Positions 1-10,280 of a DNA stretch of 64,000 nucleotides are shown here, in pieces. The number at the start of each line of letters is the position of its first letter. Position 1 is the stretch's first letter. The DNA is taken from NCBI RefSeq assembly GCF_988242995.1, contig NZ_OZ547043.1, one strand, 5' to 3'. Made by a program: the position numbers and the translations under genes. The notes beneath the pieces are model-generated. The model did not search any database, was not told where the DNA came from, and saw nothing but the letters and a program-made list of their open reading frames with translations.

Positions 1-522
1 GATAAAGATAGAGAAATCACAAAATTGCGCAAGCTGGCACCACTTCTCGTCGTCCAGCAACAACCAGTTTCCTTCGACGATGACGAGTGGTGCGGTAACG
101 TGCAGCGCATCTTCAACAGGATCATGCTTTTGTCGATCGTACTGCGGCCACGTACAATCCCCTTCCACGACCTGGCGCAGATTTTCCGCCAGTTTCGCAA
201 CGTCAAATGTCTCTGGTGCGCCTTTGAAGGGGCGCAATTGATGCGCATCCAGCCAGCTATTGTAATGGTGAAAACCATCCATCGGTAGCGTCTGAATAGC
301 GGGCAGTTCCGGGTCTTGTTGCGCGATATATTCCCAGAAGGTGGTTAGGGTAGATTTACCCGTCCCCGGCGGAGCGCAAAGAAAAACCACCGTACGCCGC
401 TGCGGATTTACCGTCTGTAAGGCCGCCAACATGTGCAGCAACGGTTTATGTACATTTTCAATCTCTTCGTTCTGGTACTGTGCCTGTATCTTCAGCCCAT
501 TCACCGTTAATTCAATTTTCAC
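1..522 (-). CDS. yggC: P-loop kinase-like protein YggC, N-terminal portion (gene continues past window start)
   Basis: Minus-strand frame open from GTG at 522 to window edge; translation MKIELTVNGLK... with Walker A motif CAPPGTGKST; start overlaps yggD stop by 4 nt. Confidence 0.75.
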   Translation of the reverse strand, partial: MKIELTVNGLKIQAQYQNEEIENVHKPLLHMLAALQTVNPQRRTVVFLCAPPGTGKSTLTTFWEYIAQQDPELPAIQTLPMDGFHHYNSWLDAHQLRPFKGAPETFDVAKLAENLRQVVEGDCTWPQYDRQKHDPVEDALHVTAPLVIVEGNWLLLDDEKWCQLAQFCDFSIFI

Positions 523-1028
523 GGCGTTAATTCCTTTAAGGTGGTCGTTACTGCCAGCGTCAGCGCCGTTTTGACCATCCCGCTAAAACGCGCCTCTGAC
601 CAGACGGCGAAATCGGCGAACTTCATCGCTTTCAATGCGTCATAGAGCGTCGCATTGCGGGTTATACTATTGACGTTGCTGATAAAATCCCAGGTCATGT
701 CATCGGCAAATCCGGGCGTTTCATCCTGTTCGTTCAGGTAATGCCAGAACTGGGAAAAATGCGTGATATCGGCGTACAGCCATTTATCCATTTTCCCCAG
801 CGCATAAATCAAACGCAGCGCAACATCAATATCGTCAAGCGGGCCGCTTTGGGCGAGTAACGGCTTCACTGCATATTCCACGATCTCTTCATCGTTATCG
901 ACAAACAGCGACGGCAGAAACTGGCGTATCCCCTGGAGCAAAATGGTATGCGCAGTTTTCATAAATGAAAATAAATTGTCCTGTGCATCCAGTTGCTCAA
1001 GCACATCATCTTCTGTCAGCGTCGCCAT
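519..1028 (-). CDS. yggD: MtlR-like protein YggD
   Basis: 169-aa ORF MATLTEDDVLEQL..., matches K-12 YggD from memory; operon-like overlap with yggC. Confidence 0.85.
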   Translation of the reverse strand: MATLTEDDVLEQLDAQDNLFSFMKTAHTILLQGIRQFLPSLFVDNDEEIVEYAVKPLLAQSGPLDDIDVALRLIYALGKMDKWLYADITHFSQFWHYLNEQDETPGFADDMTWDFISNVNSITRNATLYDALKAMKFADFAVWSEARFSGMVKTALTLAVTTTLKELTP

Positions 1029-1049
1029 TGGTCTTCCGATAGATCACCA

Positions 1050-2015
1050 TCAATGCAGGGAGTCTATTATATTACACGTTTGGTCCGCGCCGCCGATCAG
1101 TAATGTCTGCGTCCGCACCCCATTCGCCGTCTGTTGGATACCGTTCACCAGCTCACCGCCCGTCACGCCCGTAGCGCTAAAGAGGATATCGTTCCCCCTC
1201 ACCAGTTCATCGAGCGAGTACACACGGTTAACGTCAACGCCCATTGCCTTGCAACGCTTGCGCTCCTGCTCTGCAATCTGCCGATTTTCCGTGTAATCCC
1301 CTTTAGCCTGACAAAAGTCAATCAGCTGGGCCTGCATATCCCCGCCTAATGCTTTAACGGCACAGGCAGAAATCACGCCTTCTGGCGCACCGCCGATGGT
1401 GTACATCACATCGTAAGGATTATCCTGCCAGCAGGTCAGCACGCTGGCGGCGACATCGCCATCCGGCAGAGCGAAAACCTTCACGCCCAGCTGTGTTGCT
1501 TCTTCAATCGCGGCACTCAGGCGCGGTTTATCCAGCGTAACCATGCGCAGCTTGTCCAGCGGTTTGCCTAACGCTTTCGCCACGTTGCGCAGGTTGTCCA
1601 CCAGGGGCAAAGACAGATCAATCGCGCCCGCCGCCAGCCGATTAACAACCAGTTTTTTCATATACATATCGGGAGCGTGTAGCAGGCTGCCTCGTGGGGC
1701 GAAGGCCATGACTGCCAGCGCATTGCTCTGTCCCATCGCCACCATCCGCGTACCTTCAATGGGATCAACCGCGATATCGACTTCTGGCCCATCGCCTTTG
1801 CCCACCTCTTCGCCAATCCACAGCATCGGCGCATGGTCAATCTCTCCCTCGCCGATAACCACTCGCCCACGAAAAGCGACGTCGTTTAATGCCTGGCGCA
1901 TCGCGGTGACCGCCAGGCCATCAATTTTATTTTTGTCGCCACATCCGGTTTGCGGCCAGGCAGCCAACGCTGCCTGTTCCGTAACGCGAAATAATGGCCA
2001 CGCCAGGGACATCAT
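1050..2015 (-). CDS. yggF: Class II (GlpX-type) fructose-1,6-bisphosphatase YggF
   Basis: 321-aa ORF with GlpX-family sequence; 4-nt overlap with yggP. Confidence 0.88.
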   Translation of the reverse strand: MMSLAWPLFRVTEQAALAAWPQTGCGDKNKIDGLAVTAMRQALNDVAFRGRVVIGEGEIDHAPMLWIGEEVGKGDGPEVDIAVDPIEGTRMVAMGQSNALAVMAFAPRGSLLHAPDMYMKKLVVNRLAAGAIDLSLPLVDNLRNVAKALGKPLDKLRMVTLDKPRLSAAIEEATQLGVKVFALPDGDVAASVLTCWQDNPYDVMYTIGGAPEGVISACAVKALGGDMQAQLIDFCQAKGDYTENRQIAEQERKRCKAMGVDVNRVYSLDELVRGNDILFSATGVTGGELVNGIQQTANGVRTQTLLIGGADQTCNIIDSLH

Positions 2016-3289
2016 TGCGCGGCCTCCCCAATATCAACGCCAAATTGCGCCAGCAGATATTTCTCGGCCTGCTCATTCCAGATGCCGTGCGTTTCCTCAA
2101 CCAGCCGCGCCAGCTCTTTAAACAGCGGATCGGTTTTGCCTTTTTCGGCAAAATCGGCAATGGCAGTGAGCGGCATGGTCACGCCGTTATAAATGAGTTT
2201 TTTACCGCCTGGGATATCCGGCAGATTGAGCACGGTTTCTGGCACCGCATCCAGGCCACCAATATGGGTCACCATAAACGACGGCTGTAACTGTCCCGTA
2301 GCGCTAAGGGTAATCGCCTCTTTCATGTCGTCCGTTGAACCGCCGGATGTACCGACGACGTGCGTGCTGTTGTAATGGACGTTGTAGAAATTAAACGGCA
2401 CTTTGAAGTTTTTATCCGTCGGCCCGGCAAAGAAGTTCAGGCAGCCATCTTCCGCCAGTAATTCGTCAGCCATCTCAACGACAGCAGGCACCGCCGCATA
2501 AACAAAAATGTCATCGAACCCGGCATCTCCTGTAAGCGCCCGCAGCATCTGTACCGGATCGCTCATCCCTTTGGTATTCACATACACCAGCTCAATGCCT
2601 TTACTGGCCGCCAGCTCCACCGGCAGCAGCTTCTGTACCTGCGCCAGGCGTTTGTCGTCGATATCGACCACCACCACCCGCGACGGTTGTATGCCGCCGT
2701 TAATGGCGTAATCGATAGCGCCAATGCCCATTGGGCCAGCACACGCCAGCAGTGCAATATTGCCGCCAGGTTTAACGCCCATGCGATGCTCATAAACATA
2801 TTGCGTGGTGTGATAATTGGCATGATAAGCGCCAATAATGCAGCACATAGGCTCTGCCAGCGACGCCGCAGCAAAATAAGAGCCGTGATAGGGTAATACG
2901 CAGCCCAAATTAATGGCGATTTCGGGAATAATCATATAGGTGGCGTTACCGCCAAAATATTCGTAGCTGTAGCCCGCTGAATATCCGCTTGGTAACCCCA
3001 TCGCCGGTTGCAATACAAAACGCTGGCCTTTTTTATATTTGCCAGTGAGATTTTTACCCACTTCGACAATAACCCCGGCACATTCATGCCCGGTAATGAC
3101 CGGATGATTTTCTAAATCGTCGGGTACGCGTTTATGTTCACTACCGAGTAACGCCGCTTTCCAGGTGGATAAACAGACGCTGTCAGAAATTACACTCACC
3201 AGCAGTTCATTATCGGTAATTTCTGGCAGTTCAAATTCGCGCAGACGGACATCCCGCTTGCCATAAATAGCAGCAACTTTGGTTTTCAT
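2012..3289 (-). CDS. yggP: Zn-dependent alcohol/polyol dehydrogenase-like protein YggP
   Basis: 425-aa ORF with MDR-family dehydrogenase features (GHEC.G motif region). Confidence 0.82.
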   Translation of the reverse strand: MKTKVAAIYGKRDVRLREFELPEITDNELLVSVISDSVCLSTWKAALLGSEHKRVPDDLENHPVITGHECAGVIVEVGKNLTGKYKKGQRFVLQPAMGLPSGYSAGYSYEYFGGNATYMIIPEIAINLGCVLPYHGSYFAAASLAEPMCCIIGAYHANYHTTQYVYEHRMGVKPGGNIALLACAGPMGIGAIDYAINGGIQPSRVVVVDIDDKRLAQVQKLLPVELAASKGIELVYVNTKGMSDPVQMLRALTGDAGFDDIFVYAAVPAVVEMADELLAEDGCLNFFAGPTDKNFKVPFNFYNVHYNSTHVVGTSGGSTDDMKEAITLSATGQLQPSFMVTHIGGLDAVPETVLNLPDIPGGKKLIYNGVTMPLTAIADFAEKGKTDPLFKELARLVEETHGIWNEQAEKYLLAQFGVDIGEAAQ

Positions 3290-3303
3290 TTTTACCTCTG
3301 TAA

Positions 3304-4692
3304 TCAGTGTTTATGTTCTGCGGTTAATTGATTAAATAAAGTGTCGAGTTTTGGATCGCCAATATAGTTATTAATCAATATCAGTGATTTATCCGTCACA
3401 CGTTTCACGCGCCCTTCCAGACTGGCATGAGTAACAACGATATCCGCATCCGCAGGCACGTTTTCTATCGCGTAATGTTTTACTTCAATTGCCAGCCCCG
3501 CTTTTTCCAGACGTTTACGGAAGGTGGTTGCGCCCATCGCGCTGGAGCCCATCCCCGCATCGCAAACAAAAGCGATACGCTTAACCCGGCTTAACGAGAA
3601 TGCACCCTCTTGTTTCATCGCCTTAACCGCATTGGCTGACTGAGCAAACTCATCTTCGTTCTCCGTTTCCACCGTTTTTTCCATCTTCAGTATCAGCGAA
3701 GTGATAGCAAAGGACACCAGGGTACCTACCGTAACACCAGCAATTGTCGCCAGGAATGAGCCTTTCGGCGTCAGCGCCAGGTAAGCAAAGATAGACCCCG
3801 GACTTGGGCCAGCCACCAGACCACCGTCCAGTAAGTTAAACATCCAGGTGCCAGACATACCGCCCGCAATCATGGCAATAATGGTCAGCGGCTTCATCAG
3901 CACATATGGGAAATACAGTTCGTGGATACCGCCGAGGAAGTGAATAATCATCGCCCCGGGCGCAGAACGTTTACTCATCCCTTTACCAAACAAGGTAAAC
4001 GCCAGCAGCAGCCCTAATCCAGGCCCAGGATTGGACGCCACCATAAAGAAGATAGATTTACCGTTAACCGAAGCCTGTTGCATTCCCAGCGGATAATAGA
4101 CGCCCTGATCGATCGCATTATTGAGGAAAAGCACTTTCGCCGGTTCATTGATGACTGACAGCAGAGGCAGATAACCCGCATGTACCAGCGCCTCGATACA
4201 CTCTTTGACGAAAGTATTGGCAATTAACACCGCCGGGCCGATAACTTCAAAACCCAGCAGACAAAGGAGCATCCCCGCGATACCTAATGAGAAGTTATTG
4301 ATAACCATCTCAAAACCGGCAGGTATGCGTTTTTCCAGCGCCTTGTCGATATATTTAATCACCAGACCACCGAGCGGCCCCATAATCATCGAGCCAAGGA
4401 ACATCGGGATTTCAGCGCCGACGATCACACCAATCGTACCAATTCCGCCCATGACCGCGCCGCGTTTGCCGCCGATCAGATGACCACCAGTAGAACCAAT
4501 CATCACGGGTAATAAATAGGTAATCATCGGACCGACAATTTTGGCGAAATGTTCATTCGGCAGCCAACCGGTGGGAATAAATAACGCAGTTATAAAGCCC
4601 CAGGCAATAAAAGCACCGATATTGGGGATGACCATTGCCGTCAAAAAACCCCCAAAAGCCTGGACCTTTGCACGAGCAGACTTGTTTTCCAT
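3304..4692 (-). CDS. cmtA: PTS mannitol-type EIICB component (cryptic)
   Basis: 462-aa ORF, multi-TM N-terminus plus EIIB domain; recognised as CmtA. Confidence 0.88.
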   Translation of the reverse strand: MENKSARAKVQAFGGFLTAMVIPNIGAFIAWGFITALFIPTGWLPNEHFAKIVGPMITYLLPVMIGSTGGHLIGGKRGAVMGGIGTIGVIVGAEIPMFLGSMIMGPLGGLVIKYIDKALEKRIPAGFEMVINNFSLGIAGMLLCLLGFEVIGPAVLIANTFVKECIEALVHAGYLPLLSVINEPAKVLFLNNAIDQGVYYPLGMQQASVNGKSIFFMVASNPGPGLGLLLAFTLFGKGMSKRSAPGAMIIHFLGGIHELYFPYVLMKPLTIIAMIAGGMSGTWMFNLLDGGLVAGPSPGSIFAYLALTPKGSFLATIAGVTVGTLVSFAITSLILKMEKTVETENEDEFAQSANAVKAMKQEGAFSLSRVKRIAFVCDAGMGSSAMGATTFRKRLEKAGLAIEVKHYAIENVPADADIVVTHASLEGRVKRVTDKSLILINNYIGDPKLDTLFNQLTAEHKH

Positions 4693-4719
4693 AATATTAT
4701 CCTGTAGAGGAGAGAGTCA

Positions 4720-5163
4720 TTATCCGCGGCTGATAATGTCCGCTAATTGTTTTTCTGATGATGCTGTTAAGAGTTGTTCGAGTATTTCTTCTTCGCTCAG
4801 TAATTCACTTAACGCCTGAATAGCGCCAATGTGCGAATCGGCATCGGCAGCAGAAAGGCCGATGAGTAATTTTATCGGTTCGTCATTCCCCGGAAAATAA
4901 ACGCCTTGTTTAAGTAACGTTAAAGACATCCCGGTTTTAAGCGCCCCACATTCCGGTCGAGCATGAGGCATTGCCACGCCTGGTGCGAGAATATAGTAAG
5001 GGCCATTACTCATGGTGGAATATTTAATAGCCTGAATGTAATTCTCGCTGATATAGTTTTTATCCAGCAATGATGCCATCGAGAAATCGATAGCTTCCTG
5101 CCAATCTTTTGCTGAATGTATAACTGAGATTGATGATTCTGGAAAATAATCAATAAGCCGCAT
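4720..5163 (-). CDS. cmtB: PTS mannitol-type EIIA component (cryptic)
   Basis: 147-aa ORF with EIIA-Mtl-like sequence including conserved His region (AMPHARPE). Confidence 0.88.
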   Translation of the reverse strand: MRLIDYFPESSISVIHSAKDWQEAIDFSMASLLDKNYISENYIQAIKYSTMSNGPYYILAPGVAMPHARPECGALKTGMSLTLLKQGVYFPGNDEPIKLLIGLSAADADSHIGAIQALSELLSEEEILEQLLTASSEKQLADIISRG

Positions 5164-5540
5164 AAATTATCCTTATTTTATTTTTAGGGTACCGTCCGGC
5201 GGTAAAAATAAAATACTCGTGCGGTTTAATGAAAGCAATTGGGTACGCGAGAAGAAAAACCCCATGAGCCAAAATAATAAAACTTTAAATAACAACAACA
5301 TGAAATCAATAATTACAAAGTCAACTTTGTATTTGTTATGTTTATCACAAAATCAACATTTTGTTTGTTATTGTATTTTTGATGCATATCGCCATTTATT
5401 TATTGAATGTCCGAAAACATACTTTTTTTAATGCAATGTTTTTTCGCTATACCCCTTTATAGATTCTGAATTCTCACCTGTCGGCTATTTTCTCCTCACC
5501 TCATGTGACATATTCCCCACTTTACTCAAGGAAGATTCAT

Positions 5541-6449
5541 ATGAAAGCACCTGTTTCAATAACCTCATTTCGCCCACAAAAATCTATTGCTATCGTCATT
5601 GGCGTGCTTGCCGTGGTTGTGCTGCCATTTCTCTCGTATTACACCGTTAATGAAGGTGAACGCGGCATTTTGCTGCGCTACGGAAAAATCGTAAAAGTTG
5701 CCGAGCCGGGTCTGGGTTTTAAAATCCCTTTTATGGAAAGCGTGGAGAAAATTTCCACGCGTAATCAGGCTGTGGTTTATCAGGGATTACAGGCCTACAG
5801 CCGCGACCAGCAACCGGCACAAATGACAGTATCAGTCAGCTTCCACATTAAACCTTCAGAAGCTGGCGCAGTTTATACAACCTACAACACCATTGAATCT
5901 TTAAAAGAGCGTCTGATCGTCCGCCAGCTGCCAACCCAACTGGAGAACGTTTTCGGGCAATATACAGCCATCAGCGCGGTACAGGATCGTACAAAACTGG
6001 TTCAGGATCTGCAAAATGCAATGCGTAAAGCCGTTGTTGGCCCGGTGGTGATTGATGGTGTTCAGATTGAAAATATTGATTTTTCTGACGCTTATGAAAA
6101 ATCGATTGAAGATCGAATGAAAGCAGAAGTCGCCATTGCCACACGTAAGCAAAATCTGGAAACAGAGAAAATCCAGGCGCAAATAGCGGTAACTCAGGCC
6201 CAGGCAGAAGCAGACAGTAAACTGGCGGCAGCCAAAGCAGAAGCTGAGACTATTCGCGTAAGAGGCGCGGCAGAGGCTGAAACTATTCGTTTAAAAAGTG
6301 CGGCTGAAGCAGAAGCGATCCGCCTGCGCGGTGAAGCTCTGCGGGATAATCCCGGACTTGTTGCCCTCACCACTGCTGAGCGTTGGGACGGTAAGCTACC
6401 CGATACCATGATCCCCGGCAGTACAGTTCCGTTTATCTCTACTAAGTAA
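5541..6449 (+). CDS. SPFH/band-7 (stomatin/prohibitin-like) membrane protein with Ala/Glu-rich repetitive C-terminus
   Basis: ATG 5541 preceded by AGGAAG; N-terminal TM segment, SPFH-like core, C-terminal repeats AEAETIRVRGAAEAETIRLKSAAEAEAIRL; not a gene I recognise from K-12 at this position. Confidence 0.75.
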   Translation: MKAPVSITSFRPQKSIAIVIGVLAVVVLPFLSYYTVNEGERGILLRYGKIVKVAEPGLGFKIPFMESVEKISTRNQAVVYQGLQAYSRDQQPAQMTVSVSFHIKPSEAGAVYTTYNTIESLKERLIVRQLPTQLENVFGQYTAISAVQDRTKLVQDLQNAMRKAVVGPVVIDGVQIENIDFSDAYEKSIEDRMKAEVAIATRKQNLETEKIQAQIAVTQAQAEADSKLAAAKAEAETIRVRGAAEAETIRLKSAAEAEAIRLRGEALRDNPGLVALTTAERWDGKLPDTMIPGSTVPFISTK

Positions 6450-6456
6450 TAAATAT

Positions 6457-6481
6457 CCTCCGGCATAGCCGGAGGTTTTTC
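6457..6481 (+). terminator. Rho-independent terminator after SPFH gene
   Basis: Hairpin cctccggcatagccggagg followed by TTTTT. Confidence 0.6.
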
Positions 6482-6494
6482 AAATGCGCCTATA

Positions 6495-7150
6495 AGGCTC
6501 TCTTACCAGCCGCGCCCTAACAGGCGCACACGATCTGACATTTGCATCCAACTTCGTTACTTACGGCCCGTAAACGGGCTGCCCGGATAGGGAATCGATA
6601 ACTGCTCTCCCATTTTATCCTCTTCAAGCTGGTGCTTTATGTAATCCTGTATCTTCGCCGTGTTCTTACCCACTGTATCGACGTAGTACCCTCTGCACCA
6701 GAACTCCCTGTTCCTGTATTTGAATTTCAAATCACCAAACTGCTCGTAAAGCATCAGACTGCTTTTCCCTTTCAGATATCCCATAAACCCGGATACGCTC
6801 ATTTTGGGCGGGATCTCCACAAGCATATGGATATGATCTGCACAGCATTCAGCTTCCAGAATCCGTACGCTTTTCCACTCACACAGCTTTCTCAAAATAC
6901 TGCCTATTGCTCTACGCTTCTCTCTGTAGAACACCTGTCTTCGGTATTTTGGCGCAAAAACTATGTGATATTTACAGTTCCATCGGGTGTGCGCTAAGCT
7001 CTTTTCGTTCCCCATTGGGACCCCCTTTTGATTTCTTGTTTGACACTTGCAGTTGCCAGACCGCAAGGTGTTTTAACAAATCAAAAGGGGTTTTAATAAC
7101 TGGCTCAAAGCTGAAAGCTTTCCGGAACCCCCAGCCTAGCTGGGGGTTTT
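6495..7150 (-). mobile_element. IS200 (IS200/IS605 family) insertion sequence, boundaries approximate
   Basis: Contains IS200-type TnpA gene; structured end with long inverted repeat (7021-7034 / 7078-7090) and hairpin cccccagcctagctggggg (7128-7146). Confidence 0.7.
6557..7015 (-). CDS. tnpA: IS200 transposase TnpA (HUH/Y1 family)
   Basis: 152 aa from MGNEKSLAHTRWNCKYHIVFAPKYRR...; near-identical to Salmonella/E. coli IS200 TnpA from memory; HxH motif (HIHML). Confidence 0.9.
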   Translation of the reverse strand: MGNEKSLAHTRWNCKYHIVFAPKYRRQVFYREKRRAIGSILRKLCEWKSVRILEAECCADHIHMLVEIPPKMSVSGFMGYLKGKSSLMLYEQFGDLKFKYRNREFWCRGYYVDTVGKNTAKIQDYIKHQLEEDKMGEQLSIPYPGSPFTGRK

Positions 7151-7156
7151 CTGTGC

Positions 7157-7184
7157 ACAAAAAAAGGGCCGCTTTCGCGGCCCT
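7157..7184 (-). terminator. tktA rho-independent terminator
   Basis: Hairpin gggccgctttcgcggccc flanked by an A-run (T-run on minus strand) just downstream of tktA stop. Confidence 0.7.
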
Positions 7185-7205
7185 TCTCACAAAGCATCTT
7201 ACCGA

Positions 7206-9197
7206 TTACAGCAGTTCTTTTGCTTTCGCAACAACGTTGTCAACGGTGAAGCCGAACTCTTCAAACAGCAGTTCTGCCGGGGCAGACTCACCGAAGGTGG
7301 TCATGCCGACGATAGCACCGTTCAGGCCAACATACTTGTACCAGTAGTCAGCAATACCCGCTTCTACCGCAACGCGTGCAGTAACCGCTTTCGGCAGTAC
7401 GGATTCACGGTAAGCCGCATCCTGCTTGTCGAATGCATCGGTAGACGGCATGGAAACCACGCGCGCCTTCACGCCTTCGGCAGTCAGTTTTTCGTAGGCA
7501 GCGACAGCCAGTTCAACTTCAGAACCGGTAGCGATGAAGATCAGTTCCGGCTGGCCGGCACAGTCTTTCAGCACATAACCACCGCGCGCGATGTTTGCCA
7601 GCTGCTCTTCAGTACGCTCCTGCTGCGCCAGGTTCTGACGGGAGAGGATAAGCGCAGTCGGGCCGTCCTGACGTTCAACGCCGTATTTCCATGCCACTGC
7701 AGATTCAACCTGGTCACATGGACGCCATGTAGACATGTTCGGGGTCACGCGCAGAGAAGCAACCTGCTCTACCGGCTGGTGAGTCGGGCCATCTTCGCCC
7801 AGACCGATGGAGTCGTGGGTGTAAACCATCACCTGACGCTGTTTCATCAGCGCAGCCATACGTACGGCGTTACGTGCGTATTCCACGAACATCAGGAAGG
7901 TGGAGGTGTACGGCAGGAAGCCACCGTGCAGGGAGATACCGTTAGCAATCGCGGTCATACCGAACTCGCGAACACCGTAGTGGATGTAGTTACCCGCAGC
8001 ATCTTCGTTGATTGCTTTAGAACCAGACCACAGGGTCAGGTTAGACGGTGCCAGGTCAGCAGAGCCGCCGAGGAATTCCGGCAACAGCGGACCGAACGCT
8101 TCAATCGCATTCTGAGACGCTTTACGGCTGGCGATTTTCGCCGGGTTAGCCTGCAGTTTAGCGATGAACTCTTTCGCTTTAGCGTCGAAGTCAGACGGCA
8201 TTTCGCCTTTCATACGGCGGGTAAATTCAGCGGCTTCCTGCGGATAAGCTTTCGCGTAAGCTGCGAATTTCTCGTTCCATGCGGATTCTTTCGCCTGGCC
8301 TGCTTCTTTCGCATCCCACTGAGCATAGATTTCAGACGGGATTTCGAACGGTGCATATTTCCAGCCCAGCTGTTCGCGGGTCAGGGCGATTTCAGCGTCG
8401 CCCAGCGGCGCACCGTGGGAGTCGTGCGTACCGGCTTTGTTCGGTGAACCGAAACCGATGATGGTTTTGCACATCAGCAGGGACGGTTTGTCAGTCACTG
8501 CGCGCGCTTCTTCTACTGCGCGTTTGATGGATGCCGCGTCATGACCGTCGATGCCGCGAATAACGTGCCAGCCGTAAGCTTCGAAACGCATTGCGGTGTC
8601 GTCGGTGAACCAGCCTTCAACGTGACCATCGATAGAGATACCGTTGTCATCGTAGAACGCAATCAGTTTACCCAGCTTCAGCGTACCCGCCAGAGAGCAA
8701 ACTTCGTGGGAGATGCCTTCCATCATGCAGCCGTCGCCCATGAAGGCGTAGGTGTAGTGGTCGACGATGTCGTGGCCCGGACGGTTAAACTGCGCCGCCA
8801 GCGTTTTTTCTGCAATCGCCATACCGACTGCGTTGGCAATACCCTGACCCAGCGGACCAGTAGTGGTTTCCACACCAGCGGTGTAACCCACTTCCGGGTG
8901 ACCCGGAGTTTTAGAGTGCAGCTGACGGAAGTTTTTCAGTTCTTCCATCGGCAGATCGTAACCGGTGAGGTGCAGCAGGCTGTAGATCAGCATGGAGCCG
9001 TGGCCGTTGGACAGCACGAAGCGGTCACGGTCAGCCCAGGACGGATTCTGCGGGTTGTGTTTCAGGAAATCACGCCACAGGACTTCGGCAATGTCAGCCA
9101 TACCCATAGGGGCACCCGGGTGACCGGATTTGGCTTTCTGTACTGCGTCCATGCTCAGCGCACGAATAGCATTGGCAAGCTCTTTACGTGAGGACAT
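7206..9197 (-). CDS. tktA: Transketolase 1
   Basis: 663 aa from [28 protein letters not shown]...; ORF track extends 10 codons upstream but the K-12 start is the internal ATG. Confidence 0.95.
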   Translation of the reverse strand: MSSRKELANAIRALSMDAVQKAKSGHPGAPMGMADIAEVLWRDFLKHNPQNPSWADRDRFVLSNGHGSMLIYSLLHLTGYDLPMEELKNFRQLHSKTPGHPEVGYTAGVETTTGPLGQGIANAVGMAIAEKTLAAQFNRPGHDIVDHYTYAFMGDGCMMEGISHEVCSLAGTLKLGKLIAFYDDNGISIDGHVEGWFTDDTAMRFEAYGWHVIRGIDGHDAASIKRAVEEARAVTDKPSLLMCKTIIGFGSPNKAGTHDSHGAPLGDAEIALTREQLGWKYAPFEIPSEIYAQWDAKEAGQAKESAWNEKFAAYAKAYPQEAAEFTRRMKGEMPSDFDAKAKEFIAKLQANPAKIASRKASQNAIEAFGPLLPEFLGGSADLAPSNLTLWSGSKAINEDAAGNYIHYGVREFGMTAIANGISLHGGFLPYTSTFLMFVEYARNAVRMAALMKQRQVMVYTHDSIGLGEDGPTHQPVEQVASLRVTPNMSTWRPCDQVESAVAWKYGVERQDGPTALILSRQNLAQQERTEEQLANIARGGYVLKDCAGQPELIFIATGSEVELAVAAYEKLTAEGVKARVVSMPSTDAFDKQDAAYRESVLPKAVTARVAVEAGIADYWYKYVGLNGAIVGMTTFGESAPAELLFEEFGFTVDNVVAKAKELL

Positions 9198-9474
9198 TTT
9201 GACTCCAGATCGGATGATGAAGGGCACGCCCTTAACGACTTGACGACAGCGCGTTTTGGGCTACGCCGGAAAATTTGCCAACAATTTACCGCAAGCCGCG
9301 CGTCATGTACATGGAACATCCTTTTGCCGCTTCAGAAATCTCTGGATCATGCTCGCATGTTGCGCAATCTGCTCGCCCGTCCGCTGCGCTTTTCCTTATA
9401 CTGAGACTAAGCGTCGATTCACCTGCAAACGGCGCATTTTTAGAATAATCCTGACCTTGTGCGGAAGAGAAAAC

Positions 9475-10233
9475 ATGAAAATTCGCGCCTTATTGGTAGC
9501 AATGAGCGTGGCAACGGTACTGACCGGTTGCCAGAATATGGACTCCAACGGACTGCTCTCATCAGGAGCGGAAGCTTTTCAGGCTTACAGTTTGAGTGAT
9601 GCGCAGGTGAAAACCCTGAGCGATCAGGCATGTCAGGAGATGGACAGCAAGGCGACGATTGCGCCAGCCAATAGCGAATACGCTAAACGTCTGACAACTA
9701 TTGCCAATGCGCTAGGCAACAATATCAACGGTCAGCCGGTGAATTACAAAGTGTATATGGCGAAGGATGTGAACGCCTTTGCAATGGCTAACGGTTGTAT
9801 CCGCGTCTATAGCGGGCTGATGGATATGATGACGGATAACGAAGTCGAAGCGGTGATCGGTCACGAGATGGGGCACGTGGCGTTAGGCCATGTGAAGAAA
9901 GGGATGCAGGTGGCACTTGGTACAAATGCCGTGCGAGTAGCTGCGGCCTCTGCGGGCGGGATTGTCGGCAGTTTATCTCAATCACAACTCGGTGATCTGG
10001 GCGAGAAATTAGTTAATTCGCAATTCTCCCAGCGCCAGGAAGCAGAAGCCGATGATTATTCTTACGATCTTCTGAGCCAACGCGGCATCAGCCCGGCAGG
10101 TCTTGCCACCAGCTTTGAAAAACTGGCGAAGCTGGAAGAAGGCCGTCAAAGCTCAATGTTTGACGACCATCCTGCATCCGCCGAACGCGCCCAGCATATT
10201 CGCGATCGTATGAGCGCGGATGGAGTTAAGTAA
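9475..10233 (+). CDS. loiP: M48-family metalloprotease LoiP (YggG)
   Basis: Start MKIRALLVAMSVATVLTGC (lipobox); HEMGH zinc motif; the longer ORF from 9256 is rejected as an upstream extension. Confidence 0.9.
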   Translation: MKIRALLVAMSVATVLTGCQNMDSNGLLSSGAEAFQAYSLSDAQVKTLSDQACQEMDSKATIAPANSEYAKRLTTIANALGNNINGQPVNYKVYMAKDVNAFAMANGCIRVYSGLMDMMTDNEVEAVIGHEMGHVALGHVKKGMQVALGTNAVRVAAASAGGIVGSLSQSQLGDLGEKLVNSQFSQRQEAEADDYSYDLLSQRGISPAGLATSFEKLAKLEEGRQSSMFDDHPASAERAQHIRDRMSADGVK

Positions 10234-10280
10234 GCATTTTATTACGCCGGATTTGACGCACAACGCATCTTATCCGGCGC

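Noticed and set aside
25-288. 87-aa plus-strand ORF at the window start
   Set aside because: Antisense to the yggC coding frame, which reads continuously on the minus strand with a Walker A motif; shadow ORF.
6632-7347. Plus-strand ORFs of 121 and 146 aa over IS200 and the tktA terminator
   Set aside because: Antisense to IS200 tnpA and spanning structured IS-end and terminator sequence; no RBS.
7779-9191. Plus-strand ORFs of 222, 60 and 216 aa inside tktA
   Set aside because: Antisense to the highly conserved transketolase frame; Arg/Val-rich composition typical of shadow ORFs.
9256-9474. N-terminal 73-codon extension of the loiP ORF
   Set aside because: The extension lacks an RBS and overlaps the tktA promoter region; the lipoprotein signal peptide begins at the internal ATG 9475.
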